Shown piece by piece: positions 24,496-38,470 of a stretch of 64,000 bases of DNA (positions within the stretch are counted from its first letter, which is position 1; every line of letters starts with the position of its first letter). The stretch spans positions 50,160,001-50,224,000 of the forward strand of contig NC_045696.1 of assembly GCF_009834535.1 (NCBI RefSeq), in the 5' to 3' direction. Origin of the DNA: Camelus ferus. Its lineage: Eukaryota. Made by a program: the position numbers and the translations under genes. The notes beneath the pieces were generated by a model that saw nothing but the letters and a program-made list of their open reading frames with translations, did no database searches and was not told the origin of the DNA.

Positions 24496-26177
24496 TTAAT
24501 TTGACATAGTTATGACAGTGTTGAATATACAACTTTTTATTTTGCTTTCCTGTGCCCCTTGTTCAATGGGTAATATCCTTCATAGGGAGAATTCTGTAGA
24601 TGGTGGGAAGGCATGAAAGCTAGCTTAGTAGAAATCGCAGTATTAAATTAGTCAATTTGGGAGAAACTGTGATGATTAGCCAAGTCAACGGGGAAAATAG
24701 TGAAAAAAAACAGGCAAACAGGCAGAAACATGGAAAATTCACATTCTTTTAACTATAGAAGTGAAAGTGGCTAAGCGCACAGTGGGAATCGGACCCGTAA
24801 AATCAAAGGCTGTTTCAGAGCTGAACTGCACAGCTCCACCTACATCTGTCTTCCCAGTAGCATTCTCTCCTTATTTACATGACTTCACGAGAAGAAGATG
24901 TAAATGAGTAAATAGTAATTCAAAGCAAAACAAGCTTTATCTTGGAGTAAGGTCAAACAAAGAATTTGGGAGGAGTTTATCCCGAAATGAAATATGTATT
25001 TGCTTACCCATCCAGCAGCTTCCTGGAGGCCCATCAGTGCCAGTCATTTCAGTTGCTCAAAAATAAAGGGATCCCAGAATGAGAGGTCCCAAGGATGGTC
25101 CCAGGAGGCCAGGGAAGCAGGGACAATTCGAGGGCTCAGCACAGCAACTAGTCACCATTCACCAACCAGTTCAGACGTACAGCATTTCATATTTCAACAT
25201 CCAGTAGGGCCAGGCCAATGGTAACTAACTGAAGTTTGGTCGTTTTAATCCTTTTAATACTGATTGGAGTCAGTGTTAATAAATTCAAATAACTACATAT
25301 CTAAGTCTTCCCACATAATGGTTTGAAAAGAAACTCAGAAACACCAGATCTGTGGGAGGCATTTTCTTCTGACCTTTGAGCAAGGTTTTGGCTGCAGCTC
25401 AGCAGCCTTGTGGGATTGCTCTCTCTGCCCTCCCTTATCATCAGCACTTCTCCAAGTGATTTAGGAAAAACTACTCTCCAGTGGCATATATTTAAATAGC
25501 TGAATAATGTTCCATCTTATAGGACTATTTATTTAGCCCTTTCCCTACAATAGGGTATTTAGGTTTTTCCAACTTTTCACATAAAAATAAACATTTTTGC
25601 TCTGCTGCATTTTGGATGATCTCCCACAAGTGAAATTATTGGGATGAGTATGTGAACATTTTTAGCCTTCCTGATACTTAGGTCTACATAACTTCCAAGA
25701 ACCACCAACGTACATTTCTAGTGCCAAGTTATGAGAGCATCCAGATTTGGTTTAACTGCATCTTTACCATTAGTAATATCTTGTTATGATCATGAAAATT
25801 TTAAAAGTAAAACTTTCCACTTATTTTGGATTTTTATGTTTAATGAGGATGAACAAATTTGGGGGTGTTTTATAATTTGTGAATTGCTGTTCTTGAGTAA
25901 TTAACTGTTGATCAAGATATTGGAGTCAGTGGTTTTCTTAATATTTTAAAATTTTATCGTGCATATATTGAATATATTAAACTCTCGTCACCTTGCCTGT
26001 TATATTTTCAGCAAATAGTTTTTGCCTTTTAACATTTGAATAGTAGTTTTTGATTTATAGAAGTTGCTTTTTAAAAAGGCAACTGTATCTAACAGTAACC
26101 ATATCTAACCATTTATGTTGCTTTTAAATTAGAAAAAAGCTTTCCTGGGTGACCTCTAATCAAGATGTCTAGATGAG

Positions 26178-26653
26178 TGTGGTAGGCTGAATACCAGCTT
26201 CCCAAATGTGTCCATATCCCGAACCCAGGACCCCTGGAACCCCTGCTACCTTATGGCAAAAGCGAATTTGTAGATTTGATTAAATTAAGGGTCTTGGGAT
26301 AAAGAGATTATCCTGGCTTATCCAGGGTGAACCCAATGTAATTACAATGATGCTTATAAGAGGGACACAGAAGGTGTCAGCATTGAAGAAGGCAATGTGA
26401 CAACAGAAGCAGAGATTGAAGTGATGCAGCCACAAGCCAAGGAAATTCAGTGACCTCTAGAAGCTGGAATAGCCAAGGGATGGATTCTCCCCCTGGAGTC
26501 ACCAGAAGGAACCAGCTCTGCTGACATCTTGATTTCAGTTTTGTAAGACACTTTGGAGTTCTGATTCTTTAGAACTGTAACAGAATAGATTTATGCTGTT
26601 TTAAGCTACTGAGTTTGTGCTAATTTGTTATAAAGGCAATAGAAAAATAATGT
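26178..26653 (+). mobile_element. MaLR LTR (MLT1D-like)
   Basis: tgtggtaggctgaata...gagattatcctgg...gaagcagagattgaagtgatgcagccacaagccaagga...ctagaagctgga...tttgtgctaatttgtta. Confidence 0.85.
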
Positions 26654-28910
26654 TATTTTGCTTTCCATCCTGCAAATTCCCAGTAAATGCCAAAATGTTA
26701 ATGTCCAGGAAGTATTCTATATTAATACGAAAGGAAACTGCCTCTCTATAAAACTTCCGTGGAACTTCTTTTAGAAATCGAGAAGCTAGAAGTTCTCGAG
26801 CCTAATTCATCTCCTGTGAAGTTTAGTATACTCGACAACTATAGAGGCCGCCAGGCAGCACATTTCTAACCTTTCCTAGGAAGAGTGATGACAGGTCAAA
26901 GGGCTACTTTAGGGTTACATCACGAGTTTTATATCAGTTTAGACTGAGTTCTGCTGTATATAGTGGAAAAATCTGAAATAGTGATGGCTTTAATACAGCA
27001 GAACATTGTTTCTTTCACTTGCAAAAGAAGTTTAGAGGCAGGCAGGATGTGGCTCCTCATTAAACAGCAACTCTGTATTCTGTCTTTTTTGCTTCACTGT
27101 CTTAATTCTGACATCCATCCTCTGGGTCCATGATCCAAGAAGAATGGTCTCAGCTCCAGTTATCATGTCTTGAGTTATAAGCTCGAAGTGTGAGAGGCAG
27201 AAGGGTAAAGGGGGCATCCCTTGGGGATGACCAAGACCCTTGAAGGAGATTTTCTGGAAATCTAGTACCAAGCTTTCACTTATAACACATTGAACATGAC
27301 TTAATCATATGATCACAATTTCTTGCAAGGAAGACTTGAAAATAAAATCCTCTATCCAGACAGGAAAAATACACAACTAAATTTCTAGATTCCTTTACTA
27401 AGAAAGAAGGGCCAAAGCTGTCTCTACCACATCGACCACTCTGACCACTTAAATATCCAAGAAAAGCACACACCCTTCTCCAAAAGGGACAATACTAGTA
27501 TCTTACCTTACCAGCTCGTCCAAAGTCAAGATATTTGGAGGACAAATATTCCTCCCATCAGATTTCTATGTAGCTTCTCATGGTTCCATGAACTATGAAC
27601 TAAAAGGCAAGTTATAAGCTCCCAACATTTCCATGATAGTGTTTTTTAAAAATTTCATAAGCAATTTTTGATTGTTGAATAAACTTATTTGCAATAATAA
27701 AATGTAACATAAAGGAGTTCCACTTTTAGAACAATGGGTCTCCCTAAATGAAGAAAGAATATAGTTTCAATTATTATAATTTGTTATTATTATATAACAA
27801 TAATCAATTCTAATTGGATAATATTTGGTCCCTTTTGATAAAGAATAACATGTTTCTGCATATCTTTTCTAGACTGTGGTGCATCAATGCTCCAAATTAT
27901 ATAGAAGGCTACTTCAAGCCGAAGGCAAAAATGTTGATACAATTTCTTTGCAGCTTTTAGGGAAAAGATACACACACATTTCTATAAGGAAAAGGGTATA
28001 AAGGAAATATGAGTAGCTACTGTCAAGAGTGAGGATGTCCTGCTGCAACAGTGGTTCCTAAGTTTGTGCTTCCAGTTGCCCCAGGCTTTGCCCTCTGAAG
28101 CCCCTTCCTAGTGTTTGAAGATTAAGCTCCTCAGGAAGCAGACTCTGAGGCTGAGATGGCAATGCAGGAAATTTATTAGCACGCACTAGGGATCGCTGTG
28201 TGCAGGGGCAGAGAAGAGAGCAGGAGTAAGCTGAGGGAGACACCAGGCTGTGATAGTCTCAGCAAAGGCTTCAGTCAACCATGGGGAGATCGAAAACTGG
28301 ATTGGCCCCTTAGAGTGGTTTCAAGTTTGGCTAAGAAAGCTGGGACTTTACGCACCTGCACTGACAAGTCTTGCATGTAGGTTGTCTCCAGGAAAGGCAG
28401 TGTGTCCTTTGGTGAAGTACTTCTCTCCAGCAATTACCCAGACAAGACTGACAGCTGAGGAATCTCAGCTAAGAACGCTTCCAGCAGCTAAAGAATTAAG
28501 TCCTTTCATTCTAAAGGGGATCTGGATAGTGCATCATGGCTCCTACTACATTGGTCCTTTTTCCTTTATGACCACAGCTGAGGGGGGCATTGGAAAGGAT
28601 GACTTTGGGAAATGCACAGCTTCACCCTTCTGCTTCCTGTTTGTGCAAGTCAGAGTCCAGGTAGAGTGTTGGTGTTTAATAGTCACAAGCTAGTCTTGGG
28701 GTTCCCTCAAAAATCTAGTTGGATTTCTTTCTATTATTTTTCAATAAGTTTCATACACAAATAACCACAGTAAAGGAGCCTGTATAGTTGTGGATTTTTA
28801 AGCCAGAAGATTCACTTATTTACTGGCCACTTTGTCCATCCTCTAGCTCTCAGTCAATGAGAGCTATCCTGAGACTATTTGAAAGAGGATTATGCGGGAA
28901 GGTAATTCTT

Positions 28911-29058
28911 CTTTTCTTTTTTTATCTTTTTTTGTGTGGGGGGGTGTAATTAGGTTTATTGATTGATTGATTGATTTTTAACAGAGGTACTGGGGATGGA
29001 ACCCAGCATCTCCTACATGCTAGGCACATCCTCTACCACTGAGCTATACCCTCCCCCC
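28911..29058 (-). mobile_element. tRNA-derived SINE, camelid vic-1-like
   Basis: Minus strand ggggggagggtatagctcagtggtagaggatgtgcctagcatgtaggagatgctgggttccatccccagtacctct... (A/B box-like head) with an A-rich tail. TSD taattctt at 28903-28910 and 29059-29066. Confidence 0.85.
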
Positions 29059-29214
29059 TAATTCTTAATCTGATCTTTATCAGTGAGCTAGTTGCCATTA
29101 TCAGGCAAAGAACTCTTAAGAGACTTGCCTGAAAAAACTTGAGATCAGAAATTTATCTCCTTCTAAGGCTGCAGTTTTACCGTAGCCTTTACTACTGAGG
29201 TAAGAAAAGTTGAT

Positions 29215-29897
29215 TTTTTTAAAATAGACTTCATTCTTTAGAGCAGTTTTAGGGTTCACAGCAACACTGAGTGGAAAGTACAGAGTTCCCCTATACTTCC
29301 TTCCCCAACAAAAGCACAGCCTTTCCCACCATCAATATCCTGCACCAGAGTAGAACGTTTGTTACACTAGATGAACAAACATGGACAGATCATTATCACC
29401 CAAAGTCCATAGTTGATACTACAGTTCACTCCAGGTGTTGTACCTTCTATGGGTTTTGACAAAAGTATCCATTGACATTTATCCACCATTATAGTATCAT
29501 ACAGAGTAGCTTCACTGCCCTAAAAATCACTGCTCTGCCTATGCACCTCCCTCTTCCTCCCCTCTAACCCTGGTAAACACTGTGGCCATAGTTTTGCTTT
29601 TTCCAGAATGTCATATAGTTAGAATCATGCAGGATGCAGACTTTTCAGATTGACTTATTTCACTTAGTATAATATGTATTTAAGCTTCATCTATGTTTTT
29701 CCATAGCTTGATAGCTCATTTATTTTTAATGCTAAATAATATTCCATTGTCTGGATGTATCCCAGTTTATTCATTCAACTGAAGGTCATCTTGGCTACTT
29801 CCAAGTTTTGGCAATTACGAATAAGGCTGCTATGATCATCTGTGTGCAGGTTTTTGTATGGACCTAATTTTTCAATTCATTTGAGTAAACACCACAG
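29215..29897 (-). mobile_element. LINE-1 3' fragment (old L1M), antisense
   Basis: gagcagttttagggttcacagcaa...gcttttccagaatgtcatatagtt...aataatattccattgtctggatgta. Confidence 0.8.
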
Positions 29898-30734
29898 TTG
29901 AATTTTTTAACTCTGCAAGATTCCAAATTACTAAAGACGCAGTCTCCTTAGATTGCAGGCAACGGGTCCATGGCCTCTCCTAGCCAAGTGCTATTTCCTT
30001 CTACCTTTGGTTTGAGTTAATCTGTATCTTGCAGGACTTTGCTGAAAGCAGCAAGAATCAGCACACACACACTAACGTTTTGAATGTTTCCTATCTTTTT
30101 GGTTAATGTTACAAGCTTAGCCAGCATGGGTTCTGCCATCCAAGGATGATTTGACATCATATAACCAGGTTTACAAGTTTTCTAGTCTACAACATCTGAA
30201 TCCTTAGTATCTTTCTCTCCACTTCCTTCATGAAGCCAAAGCCACAGTTAAGGCTGTGAAGCTCCTTGTACACAGTCCCAGTAAGAATGACTGTGTTTCA
30301 AATAATAAAATCATCTATAGCTAGTTTAATCAGAAAAGGATTCATTTCAAATTTTTTGAAGTGCCAGGAAACCAACTTAGATGTTATATGAAGAGAAGAA
30401 ATACAGTAAAGAGAAATATCCAGTTATCCAGTAGGGCTGAAAAAAAAAACCCACACTTCTGCCACTGCACTCAATGCCTGTGAAGCCAGAGACTAGTCCA
30501 TCACTGCTACTGTTCTAGAAGCAGAACAAAACAAAGCCTCAATGACAGTGCTTGTCAGAAAAGTCACTTGGCTGCTGTCCCATGATGTTCACTGCCATGT
30601 TCCAAGTCTCACACACAGAATCCTGACTACAAGGGAGTCTGGGGAATGCGATCTTCATTTGCCTTCCTCCAGAGTACCGGAAGGCAGGAGAAAAAAAGAG
30701 TTGAGGTTACACAGAGGAATGGTTACTGCCGACG

Positions 30735-30919
30735 GGTGATTTTGTCCCTCCAGGACAATGCCTGGAGACATTTTGGGTTGTCACAACTGAGGTGGGGGTG
30801 AGAATAACATTTAGAGGACAGAGGCCAAGGATGTTGCTAAACATCCTACAAAGCACAGGACAGCCCTCAAAGGATTATCCAGCCCAAAATGTCAATGGTG
30901 CCAAAGTTATGAAACCCTA
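30735..30919. mobile_element. MER20-like hAT DNA transposon remnant
   Basis: tggagacatttttgggttgtcacaactg...gaggccaaggatgttgctaaacatcctaca...attatccagcccaaaatgtcaat. Confidence 0.8.
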
Positions 30920-31522
30920 ATGCAGAGTGAGCCAATCTACAGTATCTGCCTTAAACTTCCACCTCAGATTCACCGTCCCTAGTAGCCCTGGGAATCACTT
31001 CTGGAGACTCACAACACAGAGTCTTATCCTAAGTCCTAAAGAACCACACAAGGAACACATCCAAAGAAGGGGGAAAAACAAGGCAGAGACTATGTTTTGT
31101 CACCACCTGAGTTTCAGGCTTCTACCCACTTCCCAAGGCCCCTCATCACTGCACCTTGGAAACAGTAACAGTGTATGATAAATATCAAACTCTCTTCTTC
31201 AATCCAAACTTGAAGAATTTAAACAAGACCCTACATCAGTCTATCACCAAAGCCATCTCAAGTTCTGTTTCAGGTTGGGTTTTTCCAGAAGCAAATTTCA
31301 ATTCAAGGACTTGAGGGCAAGCTATTTATTTGGAGGTGTTTCCAACACAGTATGGGAGTGAAAAAGTTAGGCAGGAATGTGAAGGAAGCTAGTAAGTGGT
31401 TTTTTCTTTAGAGAGTTACCACCGGAGAGAAGGAACTTAGCCCCCAGTTCCAGGAACTCTGCGAGCCAGCATGAAGCATAGGCCTCAGAGCCCTCCCACT
31501 CAAGGACAGGGCAGCTGGTGCA

Positions 31523-32005
31523 TGTAACCATTTTACTCGTTTCCTATTGCTCCTGTAACCAACTGCCACAAACAGGGCAGCTTACAATAACACAATTTAC
31601 TCTCTTACAGTTCCAGAGGTCAAAATGTGTCACACTAGGCTAAAACCAAGGTGACGGCAGGGCTGCATCTGGAAGTTCTAGTCTCTGCATCTGGGAGAAT
31701 CTATTTCTTTGTCTTTTTAGCTTCCAGAGGCCACTTGCATTCCTTGGCTGTCCTCTTACCCATCTTCAGAGCCAACAGCACAGCATCTTCAAATTTCCCT
31801 GTGATTGTGACTTCCTTCTTCCATTTTTAAGGACTCTATGACAGGACTGGGCTCACCTAAATAATCCAAAATAAACTTCCATCTTAAGATAATTAATTTA
31901 GTTTCATCTGCAGAATAATTTTGGCATATAAGGTAACATATTCATAGGTTTAGGAGATTAGAATGTGGTCTCTGTGAGCGGGCCATTTTTTTTGGATGCC
32001 ATATA
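31523..32005 (-). mobile_element. MaLR LTR (MLT1-like)
   Basis: cacaatttactctcttacagttccagagg...gggagaatctatttctttgtc...aggtaacatattcataggttt. Confidence 0.75.
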
Positions 32006-32571
32006 CATCGATTCTCATCACTCATGACTTGAAGGCTGCTCTCAGGAGGGGCATTAGCACTTCCAGCCCACTGCTCAGGTAAACCAAGCAGCCTCTGGTG
32101 ACCAGGGAGAGCCCATAAGCAACGAAGTGCAGGTGCCAGCAATTGGAAGTTGGGCAGATGCACCAAAATGATGAAGATGAAAGAAAGATACAGGTGGGGC
32201 TCAGACACTGTCTGCTGCAGTTCCTCATGATTCTAAGTCAATAAATGGAAAGCACAGGCAGCCCTCTTATTAGATTTTGTTTTGATTTAAGAGATGAAGG
32301 AAGGGAGGGAGGGAGTGAGAGAGGATAAAAAGCATAGGATATCTATGCAAAAATATTATTTATATGTTAGAAAAGGTTCATATAAAGGTAGAGGAGGGAC
32401 ACAGAGCTCAAAAAGCAAGCCACCGTATTTTTCAACACTTAAAAAAAGAAAGACAATTCTGAAGAATCAAAGGGACTGCCTCCCTTTGAAAGAGATTTAT
32501 TAAGAGAAACAGAATAAATTTTAGAAAATTTAATGTTTTCAACATAATTCAAGAGTTCATTGTTCATTTTG

Positions 32572-33790
32572 GGAAGATGGGGGTGGCAGCAGCATAGGTT
32601 TTGAGTCTTTCCAAATCCCCACGCCAAAACAAACAGAGCAACTACACAGAAAACCAAAAACTCATAACTAACATTTACCAAAAAAACCCAACACCAACAA
32701 ACAAAAAAATCCCAGGTAACAAATTACCCCAGAGAACGCAGATGAGGACAAATTACCAACAGGCATGGTATCAGCTCTGTGCAGACAGAAGCAGAAAGAT
32801 GCAAAAGGGCATTTGACAGATCTGAGAGTAGCAGGACCCCAAAGTAGCCAAGGAACTCACTGGAGCATATGCGGGCCAAGTGGAAATAGCAACTGAACTG
32901 GGAGGGGTGTGCCCACTCCGTTAGCTGGTAATCATAGGAGCCCGCAGGAAGAGGGTGGCTGGAGAGGTCTAGTCTCTGTGAACTTTCAAAACTTGGCCAC
33001 CATGGCTCCCTCCCGGGATAGGGCCCACACTAAGCGGTAACTACTAGGAGTGGCATCAGAGGATATGACAGGGATGATAAAGATGAAGAGAAGAAAAGGG
33101 TCATAGGAAGGTGGGGGAGGAAAACAGAGTTCAGAAAGCAAGCCACAACATTTCTGAACTCTATAAAAGGAAAGAAAAAACAAAACCCAAGACCAGAAAA
33201 TAGAGCTCTCTGCAGTTAGCAAAGCTACCCTGAACCATTTCATTGCTCATTCTAAAAATCTGGAAGAGCTAATTAAGAAACAGGAACATATTAAGGGCAA
33301 ATCCCAGACCAAGTGATTATAAGAAATTAAAGAACAGAATAACTTCCCTGCAAACAATGAAAGCATGTCAGAAAGACACTCACAAAATAGATTTAAAGAG
33401 AGCTAAAAGAAATTTAACACAAGACATGAAAGAATAACATAATTTAGATCAGAAAAACTCAAAATAAGGCGAGACTTCAGAAAAGAATTAGAAATAAACA
33501 TTTCAGGAACAAACACTAAACAAGAAGGAACACAAGGGTGAATGAGCATGACAGATAACACCTTAGTAACACAGAAGGTAAAAATTAGACTGGTTTCTAA
33601 ATTCAAAAGAAATGAATAGGTAAAAAGGATTTGAGAGAAAGTAACAATATTGAATGCAGGCAAAAAAAAGATCTAATATACAGTTAACAGAAATCCCTGG
33701 TGAAGAAAATCAATGCAAGAGAAAAAATACTAAAAAATATATTAAAAAGTTTTCCTGAAATAAAAAACATTGTGATTCTAAGACTATTAA
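32572..33790 (+). mobile_element. Old LINE-1 5' region / ORF1 remnant
   Basis: Starts ggaagatggg, followed by a GC-richer 5'-UTR-like stretch and then A-rich decayed ORF1-like sequence (agatctaatatacagttaacagaaatccctgg...tttcctgaaataaa). Confidence 0.55.
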
Positions 33791-34719
33791 GTGTGTAATA
33801 TGAGATAAAGTGAATAGGTAAGTATAGGATCATCTAATTCTACCAATTCCTATGTCTCTGAGAACACAGGAGGAATACAGACATAATATAGAGGTCAAAG
33901 AAATGTTCCCAAATTTTAATTGGAGGCATATAGTATTTGATTCTAAAATATGTATATACATAAGCACAGAGCTAGGAGATAGATGGATAGAAGAAAGAAT
34001 GGAGGGAAGGATGGAGAAAGGGTTGAAAAAGGATGGAAGAGGGAAGAAAGAGAGAGGGAGGGAGGAAGATTTTTCCAGGCTCTACCCACTGAAGAGGCCT
34101 AGAGAGAGTGACTGATTCCATACCAATGAGAATCTCCATATCTGAACTGTGGTTTTGAAATAACATTTTCCACGTAGAAACAAAACAAAACCAGCAACCA
34201 AAAACCAGGGCCTCTTGGAGAAACAGTTGATTCAAGACCTAGGGCAGGAAATGTATAAAATAAACCTGGAACATCTTGTCCAAAAAAAGAGAAAGGAAGC
34301 TATGAAAAATTACTAGGGTTGTATCAAAAGGATTCAGAGTCAGTTTGAAGAGGCTCCTATTGGCCAAAGAGAGGACAAATAAGCCTATCAATGGATAACT
34401 GCACTTTATTAAAAATCGATCAAATGTGAGGGAAGAAGTGAGCAGTAAGAGAAGAGACCACAGGGTGCCCATCCTAACAAGGCTAAGAGAGAAAACTTGA
34501 TGTCAATTCTAGGGTTTTGTCTTCCATGTTAGATGAGCGTAGGAACTATTGAATTATGACTTTGTATGCAAACATGATTCTAGGACAATCTTTTACTCAA
34601 GAAAGATCAGAACAGCCATGGGCCTGCTGGAACCTTTACCAGGACTAAAGGAAGATGGCTGCTATTGAATAAAGTCTGAAGGACTGGTGAAAGATAAAAA
34701 TAAAGTTATGTTTTGATTT

Positions 34720-35720
34720 TAACCCATGTGTCATGTTTATTCAACAAACCAAGTTACATGCATAAATATGATAAACTCTGTCCTCATGAAGCAGATAATC
34801 TAGGAAAGATTTTGCATGCATACAAATAACAATAATACAAAATAGTATGAAATAAATGCTGCAATGGAGGCCCAATCAAAATTCTGTATTTCAGTAGGCA
34901 GAAATAACTAGAGAGAAGAGTAGGCTCTGAGCTGGTCTTTAACAGATGAGTGGCATCTAGTGGGTAGAGATGGGAGGGAGAATATGCCAGCCTGAAGAAA
35001 TGGCTTTAAGAGAAACACAACATAGAAAATGTAGGGGTGATCTGAAAATGCACTAGGAAATCCCACTTGTCTAGAAGCAGAACATTATGTGATGGAGGTG
35101 TGAGAGGCAAGGCTGGCAAGATGGATTGGGACCAGAAAATTGGGCAGGGCTTTTATCATTGAAGGTTTGGAATTTATCTTATAGATACTGAAGGTTTCTG
35201 AGTGGGAGAAAGTTTTACCAATTAAAATAGCATTTTAGGATGCAAGAAGGCTAGGCTGAAAGGAAGAGAACGTGGAAGCAGAGAGACCAATAGGGAGGCC
35301 ACGGTGATCATTAAAGAACTGAACTGCCGTGGTGCAGAGGAGGTGAAAAGGGAGAGGTGTCAGACAGATTTTGAAGGAAAAATCAAGATGGACTTTTGAT
35401 GAGTGATGATGATGAATGATTAGTGAGGGTGTTGAGAAGCTGGAAAGGGGGAAGGAAATCTGAGGGCCTGCGCCTGAGCAATTGGTAGAAGCTGTGACTG
35501 GGTTGGGGAGGAGATAATTCTGTGCTTTATAAACTTGAGGCAATGTTGACTCGGAGGAGCAGGACAACTGAAACGAGAGACTGGAATCAGAGAGTGGAGA
35601 TGAGGCAGGAAATAGAGTTTGTGGGACAGGTCTATAAATGAGAATTCAAGGGAGTGTAGAGGAAGAGAAGGGAATCAGTGATGGGCCCTTGGGAGAGGCT
35701 GACATCCGGTGTGGGAAGGA
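34720..35720 (-). mobile_element. L2 LINE remnant
   Basis: ttattcaacaaa... end followed by the G/A-rich L2 body (gtggaagcagagagaccaatagggaggc...agattttgaagg). Confidence 0.55.
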
Positions 35721-36920
35721 GGAATGGATGCAGAGCAGCCGGAGAGGAGGGCAGAGACCCAGCACTGTCTCCTGCATGTGCCGGAGTCTCCCAGGCTCAG
35801 GCTGCCCTGCAGACGTAGACTGAATCAACCTAACCACTCTGCCGGGTACTATTTGAGATGGTTCACTTCAGAGCAGTGCTTCACAACCTAACTGTGGTGA
35901 AACACCAGTTTTCTTTTTTTCTATTTGTTGTGATTGACACTTTTGTAAAATCAATAGATGTTAATCACCAGAAGAACGATCAAGTGCTTAGATGGTGTGG
36001 CAGTGTCAAATTGCTCTAAAACTTTCTGCATGTTTACTTTCAATTTCTGTATTTTCACTGTGGTCAATATAAAATTAACATCAACACGCTTGAGTCACAC
36101 TAAGAGGAACTGACACCGAGACAAGATACTATTCCTGGCTCTGTTATTAGCTCTCTGTGTAGGCAAGCCTTTTAATTTCACTGGGTTGCATTCCCTTGTT
36201 TGTAAAGTAAGGGAATTAAACTTGCCCTAAAGTCTAGATTGTATGATGCTGGAATATTAGTTGACACTGAAAAAGGCCTGACTAAATTATCATTCTACAA
36301 GCTCACTTCCTTGCCCAAATGAGAAGGGTCTGCTTCTCCTGGGAGCCTTTTCTTCTCCTTTCTAATATTTTGAGATGAACTACTGTGTGTTGAGGCTGGA
36401 AGACCAGTCACAGAAAAATGCCCCCCTGGGAGCCAGATTTTCTGCAAAACTATTCTGAGCTAATCTTTAATTATCTCTAATTATGGCATATAAAAAACAC
36501 AGGAAATCTAAAACAAAAACATGAACCCTGAACCACAGACCCCAGCTTAAAACACAATAGGATCCATGACTCACTAGCTCTGAAGTCCAGGCTGCCAGCA
36601 CCTTGCGTGGATCTAAGTGTGTGCATTTCCACATCCTCCAGCTGACGTGAGATGGTCAGTGCTGTTTATCTCATCCTGCTCATTTTATATGCTCCAAATG
36701 CCAAACACCATGCTAGGCCTACAGTAGATAGCCAATAACTCTCTCTCAAATAAATAAATGAATGAGAATGGCTCATTTCCTTCAAAAGCCTTCCATACCT
36801 CAGGCCAACACTACTAAGTTTCTCTTCATTCAGTGTCCCCCTAGCATTTATTCTGTGAAGAAATTACATGTTTCCTGTTATTTGCTATAGGAATTGTGAT
36901 TCACATCTCTAGAAAATGTC

Positions 36921-37311
36921 TGTTTGGACTGAACTGTGCCCCCACCCCCGCAACCCACCATCTTCCAAATACATATTACAGCCCTAACCCCCAGTGTGAC
37001 TACGTTTGGAGATAGGCCCTGTAGACAGGTAATAAAGACGAAGTGAAGTCATAAGGATGAGGCCTTAGTCTGAAAGGGCTGGTGTCCTTACAAGAAGAGA
37101 TTTCTCTCTCTCGCACTGTCTCTGCACACCACAGAGGGAAGGGCTTGTGAGGACACAGTGAGAAGGCAACCACCTGCTAGTCAAGAAGAGAGTCCTAACC
37201 AGAAACAAAATTTGCCAGCATCTTGATCATGGACTGTGAGAAACTATATTTCTGTTCTTTAAGCCACGAAGCTGTGATATTTTGTTATGGCAGCCCGAGC
37301 ACACTAATGTA
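36921..37311 (+). mobile_element. MaLR LTR (MLT1A-like)
   Basis: tgtttggactgaactgtg...ccctaacccccagtgtgact...gaggacacagtgagaaggc...tttgttatggcagcccgagc; 5-bp TSD atgtc/atgcc. Confidence 0.85.
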
Positions 37312-37589
37312 ATGCCCTTCCCTAATTTCACCCACACAAACATCAGAAAAACATGACTGATTCCCCCACACAGAAAGCCTCTAATTTCTCTTTACCACAA
37401 CCTGAGGGATCAGGGGATTATTCTTTGGGTCTTTATATTTCATATCCCACAATCATCAACACAGGCATAGCCCACTTCTTAGGGACAAAGCTCTTTTTAT
37501 ATACTGTAAGGCAACAACAATATACTAATTCAATGGCTTTTAACCATTTTGCAGTCATAGAGTCCTTTAAAAACTGACGGAAGTTCTAT

Positions 37590-37800
37590 AGCAGCACTGT
37601 CCACCTGAACTTTCTGAGATGATGAAAATGTCCCAGAGTCTGCATTGTCTAGTATGGCACCTACTTAGCCAGAAATGGACTATTAAGCTTTTGAAATGCA
37701 GCTAGTGCAACTAAGGAACTGAATTTCTAATCTGTTTGATTTTAATTCATTTAAACAGTCACATGTGGCTAGCAGCTACCATACTGTACACTTCAGCTCT
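37590..37800. mobile_element. MER3-like hAT DNA transposon remnant
   Basis: cagcactgtcc...aactttctgagatgatgaaaatgt...gctagtgcaactaaggaactgaattt...cacatgtggctagcagctacc. Confidence 0.7.
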
Positions 37801-38470
37801 TTAGTTTCTAGGTTTCTAAAGATGCACATATATACTTACACTCAAAGTTTTGCAAACCAGTATAGCAATTAACAGCAGTATCTACTCAGGTTAGGTGACC
37901 TGTATTAAAAACAAAGACCTATGCAAGAATGAGTTTTTTTTCAGTGTAGAGTTGATGTGTGGTTAGTGATTAGAAGTACAAAGAGCAGATAGAAAGCCCA
38001 ATCTGTATAGTCTCAAAAACAGGCATCTAATGCTCACTAGGATCTTAATATACATACCCAGCCCAACCACTCTGGCTAATGAAAGGATGCTCATGTATTC
38101 CTTCTAAAGCCACCCTCATTCATGGGCCTTTGGGGAAACAGAGGTAGTACAAAAACCATGGCTTTCAGAGTTTAATGGACCTAGGTTCAAATTCCAGTTT
38201 CCTCTATTTTAATCAGAATAGATTTAGGCTTTTATATAATAAACAATTTCCAAATCTCAGTGGTTTAAAAAAGTTTCTCACTTTTGAAGTGTCTGCTCAA
38301 AGTCCAGGCAACTATAGGGCAACAATCCCCAGGGGTAACTCAACAATGCAGGCTTTTTCTATTTATAGGTCTATCATCTGAGTATGAGGGGAAGAAAGAG
38401 ACTGAAGACTTGTGCAGGGACTTTGCATGGCTACATCTCATATCCCATTGATAAGAACTATTACTCAGCC

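Noticed and set aside
28250..28693. 147-aa ORF
   Set aside because: Overlaps old LTR-like sequence, has no recognisable domain and no supporting splice structure.
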